DNA of 64,000 bases from Amoebophrya sp. A120 (lineage: Eukaryota; Protista; Dinoflagellata): NCBI GenBank assembly GCA_905178155.1, contig CAJINV010000005.1:4009556-4073555 (forward strand), given 5' to 3'. The notes below the pieces were generated by a model, which ran no database searches, had not been told where the DNA came from, and saw nothing but the letters and a program-made list of their open reading frames with translations. Position numbers and translations under genes: made by a program. Positions 12,437 to 24,299 of this stretch are shown piece by piece; the first letter of the stretch is position 1, and each line of letters starts with the position of its first letter.

Positions 12437-14746
12437 CCTTACCGCCTCCGAGTGGAACTGGGATAGGAAAAGGGAATTCCGGCGAAACCGGCGAATAACA
12501 CAAATAAAATGTTGGCTCCTTCTACTAGTGCTACTTACGTCACAAGTGCGTTCATTTTTTTGCGGAGAGCAGCAAACCTCCGTGGATCTCCATCTTCAAA
12601 TATTTTTCTTCTTCGTTCTTGTGAAACCAAAACCGGGGGAACCGCGTTGATCGGGCAACTGCAAGAGCTCAAAGGCATTGAGGTTCGAGAGCGAAATAAC
12701 TCCCATTCATGCACTTATCTGCTTACGGCAGAAGATGTTCGTGGACTCAGGACCAAGGGCTTCCGTGTTCAACATTGCTGATACTTCTGAATCTTTGTCG
12801 TTCTGTCACCGTAGTACCTGTAGGGCAGTCAGGCAGGTTAGGCTCCTGCAAGATGCAGAAACGAAGAACAAGATACAGAGACTTCCCTTCCCTCCAGGGG
12901 CGGGAATATCAGCGAACCTCAACACCGCGTTTTAAACGCGTGAGGGTCTTGCTCTGCAAGAAATCCACTTCAGGACCCGGGGAGTATATCTTGCTGTAAG
13001 AAGTTGAAGTTCAAGAATCTGAATGCCGATAGGGGGAATCAGCTCTATGACGTACCTGAAGTTTGTATAGGGTGTACAAACATACATACACGTTCCACGC
13101 GGCTCTGCGAGAGGTTTGTGGTGCTCTAAATTTGATCCTGTCTCCCGGAAAGTGATCCACCCAACGTAGTACGGGCGAGCAAGGGCGTGAAGGAACCCTC
13201 TGCGTTCGTAATGTGGACGAACGTCGCAAGAGGTGAACAAGGATCCTGGAGGTGCCTGGGCCGCCCTTTGCTGGGGGGGGCGACTTAGAGCGCACCGGCG
13301 AGCTCTATATCCATGCTCCTGATGGCCGCATCAATGCGTCCTCGCTACGAGCGTCGTGTTGATTGATTTTGCCACGATCTTTCAATGTCGGCGGCGGGCT
13401 ACGAGCCTTGTGCCGCGTTCATCGTGCATCCTGCATTCTAGCGGATGCTACTGCTCCATCTCTCCACAGACAGAGAGAGGAGGGGGGGAATCTACTACGA
13501 GCAGGCCCCCCGATGCCAGGGCAGCCTCTACGGCAGCAACCCGGAGGGCAGACGCGGTCGGACGCACGGGAAAGGCGCAGGGCCCAACCCTGCGAGGGCA
13601 GTGCATGCGTCCACGCGCGTAAGTAAGAGCAATGTGGGGCGCAGCCCAATCCTCCGGACGCGGGCCCATGGCTTTCTGGTGCTTGCTAGGTGGCAGGGAG
13701 GCGCATGGCAGTCGCGGGCCTTCGTGTCTTGCACATCTTTGCGCGCTCGCTGCGTGGCCCTGTATTGGCGTCCCGTTGTCGTATGCTCCGGGGCTGCACA
13801 CGCAACCGATCGGATGCGACGGGCATGCCACAGGGGAGGCTACAGGGGCGTGGGCAATGTTTTTAGACGCTGAAGGCGGCGCGCGATGGTCTAGCTGCGA
13901 GCTAGACCTGCTGCGACGAGCGTTCCACGGACCGAACTAGGCCAGATGCTCCACAGGCCTCGCGTAGCTGAGGCGGATACATTGTCTCACTCTGAGCGCG
14001 TTGCCAGTCGGTCCTGGCATCTGCTGGGCCCTAAAGACAGACCAAGCACTTTTGTGCTCCGAGCACATGGGCTCCCTTCCCTACAAGGGCGTATAGGGTG
14101 TACAAACGTACATTGTCGCCAAAACTTTACATAAAGAGCCACACATAGTTGGATCTATTGCTTCAGGTTCTCGCGTACTTCTACAAATAGCGTCGCCTGC
14201 TCCATCCTGGTTTTCCGGTCGCCACCAGAAAAATCTCCACATAGAAGGTGGCCAAGAACCGTGACGTCGTCACTAGAACAAATTGGTCGCTCTAGAAACT
14301 TCCCCTCCACCTGTTGGTCTAGCGTGTAACTACATTGGATTCACATTACTGAAGCTGCTCTTTCAATCGTTTTCCATATCATAGTCGTACCTTTAAGTCA
14401 TAGAAGTATTCATTAGATGTCTCGAGAAAAACTCTGATCGTTTCTACCAACAACACCAGTACCAGTGAGTCGGAAGGTACAGTGCCGGTCTGCGAGATGC
14501 AGAAACCTGCACGCAGACATCGTAAAGATACACCCAAATATCGACGGTTTTGATAGCGGAGTTGAACCTTCTCTGTCCTGTCGTTACGAGTACCAGGAAA
14601 ATAGTGAAAACTGTGACCGAGATTCGCGCAGCAGTTTGGGTAGATCCTGCCGCGAAGGTCGATATTTTTTCGTACAGCGGAAAATTGTCACCGCTTAAGT
14701 TTTTCGTGCAATTGAAACTTGTCCAATTTCACTTCCTCGGAGCATA

Positions 14747-15709
14747 TTACCTAATAAGTTGTTCGAAACGAGTCTTTCGCTCGAAGTAGCGTCGCTTGTC
14801 GAAAGAGTCCGCTTTCAGGTCGTTCGGTCGTACCGAGTCCAGATTCGGTTCGAGCAAATACGTCAGGGGATGCTTGCCCTCGGGATCCATGGCAGTCAAC
14901 ACCGAGATCCTCACCTGGATCCGCGCACCGCCGGACACGGCGGCCACGTCCCTCGCACGGCGGGAGTTCCTCGGGACGAGCACATTCTGGTTCGCGTAGT
15001 CCAGAGACACCCCGTCATGTTCGGTTCCCAAGTCCCACTGCTCCACGGACCCCTCGCCGAACAGGTTCATAGGATACTCGTGGACGGGCTTGCGGTAGTA
15101 CAAGGTGCGTCCCGTGAGGCTGCAATAAAAGGGCACTCCCTGCCACGTCGCGGCCCCTGGGCGCATCGGGTTTAACAGAAACTCGCGCAAACCGTTGGTC
15201 TCCATCGGCACCTGCGGCTGCGTCTGGCACAACTCCTTGATCGACTGGCCAGACACCTTCCACTTGTCCAACGAGTACAGGTCCCACCACTTGTCCTGCG
15301 CCAGCAGGACCACATTCCGCTGTGTGGCGGACAAAATACACCCCATCTTGTGGGTGTGCTCGGTTGACGCCAGAATCTTTTTCAGAAATTCTGCTTGTGC
15401 TTCATCCACAGGAACAGACCACGACAAGCTCGGATCGATAGTGCTTCCCTTGCCCCCGCGGCCGATGCCATCGTTGCCCGGATCGTCGCGTCCCTCTCCC
15501 TTGCCTTTGCCCTGTCCGGGACCCCCTTTTCCAGCTGCATGTGCATCTGCTCCCGACGCCGCGCCCATGCCGTTTTCGACACCCTTTCCACCGGCTGCGC
15601 CGGACTTACCTCGTCCTTGTCCTCCCGCACGGGCGGAGGGAACGCACTCCTGCGTCGCGAGGCTAGTAACAATAACCTGCAATGCGCTAGTTTTTGTTAA
15701 TGCCGCCAC
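14747..15709 (-). CDS. Hypothetical protein (probably an internal exon)
   Basis: 320-codon ORF, GC3-rich in its 3' two-thirds; no family recognised. Confidence 0.55.
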   Translation of the reverse strand: MAALTKTSALQVIVTSLATQECVPSARAGGQGRGKSGAAGGKGVENGMGAASGADAHAAGKGGPGQGKGKGEGRDDPGNDGIGRGGKGSTIDPSLSWSVPVDEAQAEFLKKILASTEHTHKMGCILSATQRNVVLLAQDKWWDLYSLDKWKVSGQSIKELCQTQPQVPMETNGLREFLLNPMRPGAATWQGVPFYCSLTGRTLYYRKPVHEYPMNLFGEGSVEQWDLGTEHDGVSLDYANQNVLVPRNSRRARDVAAVSGGARIQVRISVLTAMDPEGKHPLTYLLEPNLDSVRPNDLKADSFDKRRYFERKTRFEQLIR

Positions 15710-17118
15710 TTACAACAAGAGATAATTGATTTTCATTAGTTTATTACAGATTGCATTGTATATGTATTCGATCCGCTCTTGTTTCAAACAGACGCGGCGC
15801 TCGCTCTCTGACCAGGCTATACTTGCGAGGATCCGTCTGACAACACAGTTGTGGGAACAGGACGTGCGAAAACCCTGCAACGCGACACACGGCCTCAAGT
15901 CGTGAAAGCAGAAGGAGAGCAGCGTGCATGAAGAAAAGCCGTGGCTTTGTGCGGACCTGCTTCGAGCACTGGCTCCTTATAGGAGCACTATTCAAAGGGC
16001 GCGCGCCGGGTGGACGGACATCAACATTTTTTCGCTATAACTTTCAATCGTGCCTTTGCCTTATTAGAGATGATGTTTGCATCCAACACACAGGGACAAT
16101 ATCGTTCGTTGTTTGAAAAGAAGAGAAGATGCAATACTTAAAGGGAAAAGAACATGTCGCACAGGTTTGAGCATGTAAAGGAATCAGGTACTAGCTTAAT
16201 GTACATAGCGAGATGTTGTCTCCCGCTCTTTGATGCAACAAGGGGAGTTTCTTTTCGGAGAAGTCGTTCTTCGATAAAAAAGGGACAAGCATGAGCATTT
16301 CAATGTACTACAAGGAAAATCGCGATTGCCACGAGCACTATCAATTTTTTCCGTTGCAAGGGCAAAGCTTATGTTCGCCGCCATCAGAAATAATCTACTT
16401 GTCTCAGAGGCGAGCGCATGCTTGCACCCTCTGTTGCCGATCGCTTGATCCAAATATTACGACGAGTTTTTCTACTCGGCTACACTAAATAAAGTATACA
16501 AATAGAATTAACGAGACCCGCGGCAAAAGGGCAACAGAAAATTGCTGCAATGCTAGACCTAGCGCCGGCGTTTCCGTCTGTCCCTTACCGACGGTCACTT
16601 GATGACTATTTCGAGCTGGGCTCGGCACTGCTCCCGCCTCCGACGCGCGGCAGCAATAGTTTGCCCTAGTATCCTAGCGGTAACGTCTTCGAATCAGGCC
16701 AGGGATTTCAGGCCTTCAAGCGTTTATGACTATGCGCACAGCAGCTCGACAAGGTAGTAAAAATTCAATGGGATTTTTTAAGGGCCGACAAGAAAGCAAA
16801 AAGTACTACAACCTTGTGCTTGGATCAATGGTGCGCCGTTACTGGGTTTTCAAAACTTCAAAACTTGCCTGCTTCCTTGTTAGTTGTATCTTTCTCCTAA
16901 CTTACGTTCCAAATCAATACCGACGAAGAACTACTTGTGCACGATGTTGCTTCTTGTTCTTTGCCTTGCCCTCTTGGTAGTTTTTGCACAACATCCATAT
17001 ACACAAGATATCAACCTGTTGGAGATGAAAAAAGTGCCAGTGTGCAGTGGCCAAGTATGTTCGTGCGAATCCACAGTTTTCTTTTTCTTGGCACCCGTTT
17101 TTACTTTTTGTGGGCACG

Positions 17119-20100
17119 TCACCCAACGGCTACGTAGGTGATACCGTCCAGCAGGAAGGCGTCTGGCAACATTTGCCCCGTGCACGCATCGAAGACGACC
17201 ACACGGTTTGTCAACGAGACGTAGAGAAGATTCCCGCAAGGACTGACCGCGCATCCCGCCATTCTGCTGTTTTTCGGAGCGTCGAAAAGAGCGACGCACT
17301 GGAGTCGCTTCATGCACCACTTCTTTACACGATGCGCCAGCACCAGATAGAGGTACCTGAAGAGCAGCGGAAAGATTGGAACATCTTATGGTCGCTTAAA
17401 AAATGCTGGTGTGCTGAGTGTGTCAGGCCTATGGTGGGTGAGGGTAGTCGTAGTGTACACATTACGATTGTTGATTACTGTTGGACTTTAACAGATGTGC
17501 AATCCGAAAAATGCGCATCCAGCAAGTGCAAGGGCTCGCGACACGCATTTTTCGCATGGCGCTGGTGAAATATCGGCATATATATAATCGGTGTACTCAG
17601 CAAGGGACGACAAGGCAGCACAATTCAACTCACCAACAGGCGCTATCCTGTCCCTGCGTGTGAGATGAGCCGACATAATTCACGAAAAACTGATCAACTA
17701 TCGGCGTCTTGCGACGGGAGATGATCATGAAAGCAAGTAAATCACAGTTGTACTATCAAGATGATGAAATCACAAGAACTTGGAGTATAATAATTTCACT
17801 TACCGCCCACAATGCGAAAATGTGCAGGCGAATATGGTGCGGTAGTTATCTTGCGATTCCAGAGCCATGGATGTGTTGTTCGTGTTACCACCCCACCCAG
17901 TTGTCCCCGCGCAGGCTGCAATCGTAGGATCTTTTCCGCTCTGCGAATCTACTCCGGAAAGGTCCAATCTACTCTCTCCGGTAAGGTCGGTACAAATGGC
18001 GGTCATGTCGTCGCTCACGGTCGCCAGCTTACCGTAGGTGGTCGAGACGGCCACATCGATCACGTAGTCGTGGTGGCCTTGGTACTCGCCGATGAATTTG
18101 CGAGTGTGAGTTTCAAACTTTTTCACCGTGAACCCACTGGCTGCGTACAGCTCCCTCTCGTCCCCCGATAGTGCGAGGGCATACACTGGCTGCGGTGTGT
18201 AGTTCCCGCCGAACTTCGAGCATAGGAGTATGGCGTTCTCAAGCGTTACATTCTCAACTGTTACATGATTTGCGATGCAACATCCCAATCAGAATCGACA
18301 CGACCAAGTTGCTTCGCATGACAAATTCCCGAAGGGACAAACAGGATCAGAATCTGCGCCAAATCTGTCACGCAAAAGGCGCAATCTTCCCCCTTTCATC
18401 AGTTTTGCCATTCTTGCATCACAAATTCATGTAACAGTTGAGAATGTAACGTTTGAGAACGCCATAAGGAGTCCCTCACTCTTCCGCTGAAACGTCGGAC
18501 GCGCACGCTCTGTGGCGCTACTATGTTGCTGGTTCTTCCTAGAAGTCGCTTCCGTCGTGTGTGTCGTCTCCGTCTCTACGCGAGAAAAACCATAATTGCC
18601 AAAACCAGGTGGCGGCTGCGCGACGTGCGACTGGTGTTTCTCCTGCGCTGACAAGCCGTCGTCTTCGGCCTGAACGGCTGTTGAGCTCCAATGCGGCAAA
18701 AAATGGTTCTGAAACTCGATGTTGCTTGCGTAGCATGTGGTGTATTCTCGATACTTCTGGTGCGCCCAAAACGACGGCTTTGAAAAAGAGGTGGCATGTT
18801 GCCCGCCGGTCCTCGTGGGCATGATAGCTCCGTTTCCGTTTGTTTTACTTTTACCTGCAGTGGAAATGAATCCAGTTCCAGCATCTGCTGCACAAGAAGT
18901 CGATGCGCTAGCGCTAGTATCATGTACAGGGCAAGATGAGTGAAGGGCGACACCGTTGTAATGAGTAGCTTCAGGCGCCGTCACAGGCCGTGTCGTGGTG
19001 AACGATTGCACTGGTCCTGGTGCTTGTTCTCTTCCCACTGCAGTGAGTTGTACTTGCTGTTCTCTTTTCGTGCGAATGTCGTGATTCAGCTGGATAAAGT
19101 TCTTCTCCTGGTCTATCAAATGCAAAAGTGTCTGGGTCTGGAAGAATACAAGATTTGTCATGCATATTTCTCATGAAGCATGATGCCTGTAATGCTTGGC
19201 CTAGCATCGCAGACTTTTAGAGGGCTTCCTGATGGACCTCCCGCATGAGAAACAAGGTCCGAGCACGGGGACAGAGTCCCCGTGCGGCGACCTTCCGGCA
19301 TTTGTCTGCGCGGTGACACTGGGCAGGCAGGTCGCCTGCAGCTAGTGCTAGGTATTTCGGTGCGCCTTGCATTCCCTGACCCGCGACGGGCCTGCGGACG
19401 CGGCTCCCCTGCTTGCGCGCACTAGATTCATTAGCCTGCCGCGCGCAAAGATAAAAGAAAAGAAGAAACTGGCGCCGGGCCTGGAGCCGGCCCCGCCCCA
19501 GGTCATGACGCGGCGACAGAGCCCCACACCGCCCTAGGGCTTTTCTATCTTCGTCCCGCCCTTCCTTGGCCGCGCGGTGTGGTGTCAGTCCGGGGAGTGT
19601 TCGTAGCTAGCCCCTAGGCCATGACGCGGGGACCGAGTCCCCGCGCTGGCCTAGGGCTTTCGCCCCTTGGCCGCGCGGTGTCCGGGAAGCGCCCCCAGCT
19701 GGCCCCTCGGCCATGACGCGGGGACCGAGTCCCCGCGCTGGCCTCGGGCTTTCGCCCCTTGGGCGCACGGTGTCCGGGGAGCGCTCAAGGCTGGCCCCTA
19801 GGCCATGACGCGGGGACCGAGTCCCCGCGCTGGCCTAGGGCTTTCGCTTCTACCTTGGCCACACGGTGTCCGGGAAACGCCCACACCTGGCCCCTAGGCC
19901 ATGACACGGGGACCGAGTCCCCATGCTGGCCTAGGGCTTTCGTCCCTATCTTGGCCACACGGTGTCCGGGAAACGCCCACACCTGGCCCCTAGGCCATGA
20001 CACGGGGACCGGGTCCCCATGCTGGCCTAGGGCTTTCGTCCCTTGGCCACGCGGCTTCCGGGAAGCGCCCCCAGCTGGCCCCTAGGCCATGACGCGGGGA

Positions 20101-23100
20101 CCGAGTCCCCGCGCTGGCCTAGGGCTTTCGCCCCTTGGTCGCCGGCTGCCCCGGAGGCGCTCAAAGCTGGCCCCTAGGCCATGGCGCGGGGACAGAGTCC
20201 CGGCGCTGGCCTAGGGCTTTCGCCCCTTGGCCGCACGGTGTCCGGGAAGCGCTCACCGCTGGCCCCTAGGCCATGATTGACGCGGGGGCCGAGTCCCCGC
20301 GCTGGCCTAGGGCTTTCGCCCCTTGGCCGCACGCTGTCCGGGAAGCGCCCAGAACTGAACCCTAGGCCATGACCCGGGGACCGGGCCCCCGCGCTGGCCC
20401 AAGGCTTTCGCCCCTTGGCCGCACGGTGTCCGGGAAACGCTCCCAGCTGGCCCCTAGGCCATGACGCGGGGACCGAGTCCCCGCGCTGGCCTAGGGCTTT
20501 CGCCCCTTGGCCGCAAGGTGTCCGGGAAGCGCTCACGGCTGGCCCCTAGGCCATGACGCGGGGACTCCCTAGGCCATGACGCGGGGACCGAGTCCCCGCG
20601 CTGGCCTAGGGCTTTCGTCCCTTGGCCACACGGTGTCCGGGAAGCACTCACAGCTGGCCCCTAGGCCAACACGACGCGGGGACCGAGTCCCCGCGCTGGC
20701 CTAGGGCTTTCGCCCCTTGGCCGCACGGTGTCCGGGAAAGGAAACGCCCACAGTTGGCCCCTAGGCCATGACGCGGGGACCGAGTCCCCGCGCTGGCCTA
20801 GGGCTTTCGCCCCTTGGCCGCGCGGTGTCCGGAAAGCGCTCCCAGCTGGCCCCTAGGGCATGACGCGGGGACAGAGTCCCCGCGCTGCCCTAGGGCTTTC
20901 GCCCCTTGGCCGCACGGTCTCGCGTGACAGACTGGACCTCGGGTCAACCCTCACATGACAAAATCCGAAAGTTTGTCCGGGGTGTGTCAAAAATTCTGTC
21001 CGGGGTGTGTCCGAAAGTCTGCCCGGGGTATGTCCGGGGTGTGTCTGGGGTGTGTTCGGACTTTTTGCCTGGGGTATGTTCGGGGGTCTGTCTGGGGTGT
21101 GTCTGGGGTGTGTCTGGGGTATGTCTGGGGTATGTTTATACCCCACCTGTTGGTTTTTCGGCAAAAAATTGTAGTCCGCCCGTGATTGAGGAGCATTTGC
21201 ATACCCCTGACACACCCCCGAACATACCCCCGAACATACCCCTCGCATGCATTTTTTACCAGCTGCTGCAGTTTAGATAGTAATGGCCCGTCGGTGTAGC
21301 AAAAACTGCGCCCCTCTTGCTGGTCATGCAAGACAAATTTTTTTAGGGTCCAAAAACAGCATGACAAGTTCCCATTCTTCCAGACCCAGACATTTTTGCA
21401 ATCCATATGGTCAGTAAGAAAACAATCTGCGCCACGGGATTCTTGAGTGGCGTCTTCTCCCAGTCCTCGTCCTGGCGCATGTGGCCGCGGCAGGTCGTTG
21501 TGCAAATGCTGAAGCGCGGGCACGGCCGGCGCGCCGTACTGGCGTCCTTCGCTGCGACGAGCCGTAGTGGAAGATAAGTCGTCAGAGCAGGGGGGCATCA
21601 TCAAAGTCATGCTTGTTTTTTGCCCACACTGAGAAGTGCTCGACTGGAAACAAGAAGTCTCCGGTTCAGTGGTCGCCTCCTCTAGAACAGGAGAAGCGAG
21701 CTCTTGCTCCAGCGCATCCACTTCCGTGCGCCCTTCGTTCAACCCGGGTCCTCCCACAGCAACCGGCTCCTGATGATCCAACAGCAACAAATTTTTCAAA
21801 AATGCGGTAGCTTGTGGATCTGCGTGCTGTTCCTTTCGCAACAGGCCGGAAGCTGAAAACGTCGTCGAGGAGGACAGAGTGGTACCAGCAGCATTTAGCT
21901 TCACCGTGTTTGCCTTAGGCGTTTCGTCCTGTTGTGAATTTTTCAGAGTACTAGTACTTACAATTTTTGCGCCGCCCCGTGGAGGTCCACCGGAATTCGC
22001 ATTTTTAGCGAGATATTCTTGTTCATCCATTGCACAGGATAAACTTCCGTTGGAACGGACCGGGTTTGCTTCCGGAGCCACTACGGTAGCGGAAACTGGT
22101 CGTCTCGCAGCAGCAGCAAAAGCATCTGGCTGTGGTATTTTCATAATCTGCTGCTTGTATTCGTGTTCCTCCACGTCCTCCACCTTGCGCCTGCCGTTGA
22201 CATTTTCCATCTTCAGCGATGGCACATCAATGCCAGGACGAGTCGTGATCGTACGATGTTGCAGGGGCTGCGCTTGAGCAGACAGTTTTGTAGTTTCTCT
22301 TTGTTGATGCTGCTCATCAGTGGCATCGGCGCCAGCAGATGCTGCAGCAGTGGAGACGACAAAGTTATAGTTGCGGTCCTCGTAGAGGTCGTTCTTGTTC
22401 GCGAAGACCTCTCTGTGGACGGCCACGTCAGCCGGGGTACTGCCGCGCCAACCGCCCGCACTGTCGAATTCGAAATCTCGGGCGCTTGCGTTAATTGTCA
22501 CGCCGTAGTGGTTGTTCAACATATTATTTCCATTGCCTCCTTGTTTAGAAGACGACATCCTCGCTCCCGTCCCTACTGGTCCACCTGCTGTATTGGTTGC
22601 ACTATCGCCATAAGCTGCAAATAGTGCGAGAAGGTCCTCAGGAATTCCGTCAACATCGTGGTGGTCGGCGGCGACCGAGGTCTTGCTACTACAGGTCGTC
22701 ATCGTCGTAGTGCCATTACTTGACGAGGCACTGCAGCTATTCTTCATCAATGTCTCATCTGCATGTTGGTCGAAGGCATCGCTGGCAGTAGGAACAATAT
22801 CTTCGTGCTGCTTCTGCAGTTGTTTCTTCCCCCCGTCCTCATGAAACGCTCTTCCGACGGCGGCAGCCGGTTCAGGTTCGCGGTCGTTTGATGACGTTGA
22901 CCTAATCGGTGTATGTTTGCTGGTGAGCAGGCCTACGCTCGCTTTGCGGACATACTCGACGTGCACGCTCACGTTTTCAGCGACTGGAGAACATTGGCTT
23001 GACGCGTCGCGACTTACTACAAAGTCTGGGAACGAGGGCACGCGTTGCTGTGGCTCGTCATCCGTCGCGGTCAAAAGACTCTGCTCTGTCGTGACATTAA

Positions 23101-23794
23101 TAATGTGGTTCGACGCAGGAGGAGGCTCAGTCGGCAGTAAATGGTCGTCAGTAAGAACTTCCTGGTGTAAGAATGGAGTCGGAAGAACAAATGAGGAGGT
23201 AGAGCAGGATGGGCGCCCGTCCATTGCACTTTTAAGGTCGACGGCCGTCGTGCTGTCGTGCTGCGCCGGGTCTTGTCCCTGGTGCACCCGGCCGTGCACT
23301 TGCGCCTGAGTCGCGGTGGTGCTGATCATGCCCGTGATCCCAGCAGGTACTACCGTGCCTCCTAGTATACCAGCTCCGGTGGTTTTTAAGCCGTGGCTCA
23401 CCGCCTTGGGAGGTGCTGGCATTGTAGTCACAACTTCTACGGGAGTTGTCGAATTACTGTGCTGCTGGGCCGCTCCCTGCTGGTAGTAGCCAGCGTCATC
23501 AAAGTAGCCTTCTAGAAAAAATTCGACTGTTTCGGCGAGATTGTAGTTTTGCTCGTTGGTAACTGGGTTTTGCAGTACGGTTTCTAGGTTCTCCTGCGTC
23601 CTCGAGTGGATCTTTTGCTCTACTTCGAAGTCAGAGCCTCTATGCCGCGCCGGAGAAGGAGGGCAACGTTTGTAAAAATCGCACACACCACCCGGCGGTT
23701 TCGACACGGGCGTTAGCGTCAATGCTTCAGCTGATCCGCCTTGCCTGCCGTTATTCGGTCCTAGGTTCTGGTTGTGCGGTATGTGCTGGTCCAC
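17119..23794 (-). CDS. Large low-complexity protein with C-terminal WD40 repeats; probably the 3' part of one gene with 24300-29754
   Basis: WD40 motifs VYALALSGDERELYAASG, YQGHHDYVIDVAVS...ATVSDDMT and CAVSPCGNLLYV. Joins: introner 19114-21407 (LTD|QEK), introner 18229-18466 and GT-AG intron 17357-17803. Confidence 0.75.
18229..18466. mobile_element. IR introner, family G
   Basis: Near-perfect ~40-bp TIR tatggcgttctcaagcgttacattctcaactgttacatga; TSD aggag. Confidence 0.93.
19610..20915. repeat. GC-rich tandem satellite, ~92-bp unit, ~14 copies, each with an internal hairpin
   Basis: Unit ggcccctaggccatgacgcggggaccgagtccccgcgctggcctagggctttcgccccttggccgcacggtgtccgggaagcgctcccagct. Confidence 0.95.
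20975..21242. repeat. ~10-bp G-run repeat (ggggt(g/a)tgtc(t/c)) followed by inverted copies
   Basis: Direct units at 20975-21135; complementary units (catacccc/cacacccc) at 21200-21242. Confidence 0.8.
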
Positions 23795-24299
23795 GACCGC
23801 GATACCTCCTTGTTCGCGTGTATCGCTGGAAATTTGATGTCTTGCTCTGGAAAGTTGTGAAGCTGCTGAGCCGCTCTGTCACGCGAAGCCACCGCCCCTG
23901 ATGGCCATGACAGGCCATTACTTTCGAGCTGCATATAGCCGTGCATTCCGCATATCATCATCATGTAGTGGACACCCGCTCCCAGCGCCACAGGTCAAGG
24001 ATCCCCTCCCCGGGGGGTGGGCGAGGAAGCACTTTCGGCGACCTCATCATACAAAAGCCGAGCGCTACCACGGCAAGTCGCCGCATATGTATGGCGTGGG
24101 CGAACTGACTTTTTGCATGACAGACAGGAGGATCTTTTTGCGCCTTTGCATTTTCCAAGACCACAGACAAGCATCGCATGACGAACCTTGCAATGTTCCA
24201 GACCCAGAGTACTAGACATCATGTTAGTTTGCAATGTATAGCGTGGCGATTGCAAGTACATCGGGGAAATTTCTAAAGAACCGCAGCGGCCAATCTCAT

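Larger units (their letters stand above)
19114..21407. mobile_element. Family A introner carrying a ~2-kb nested insertion (19254-21285)
   Basis: Left arm 19114-19253 and right arm 21286-21407 together make one family A element; TSD tggtc on both sides. Confidence 0.88.

Noticed and set aside
12500-14700. Autonomous transposase or reverse transcriptase for the introners
   Set aside because: Only short stop-interrupted ORFs are present, and no DDE, RT or tyrosine-recombinase motif was recognised.
19610-20915. CRISPR array
   Set aside because: The units are contiguous tandem copies with no unique spacers, there are no cas genes, and the context is eukaryotic.
19610-20915. Hammerhead ribozyme in the satellite unit
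   Set aside because: A GAAA loop is present but the CUGANGA core was not found on either strand.
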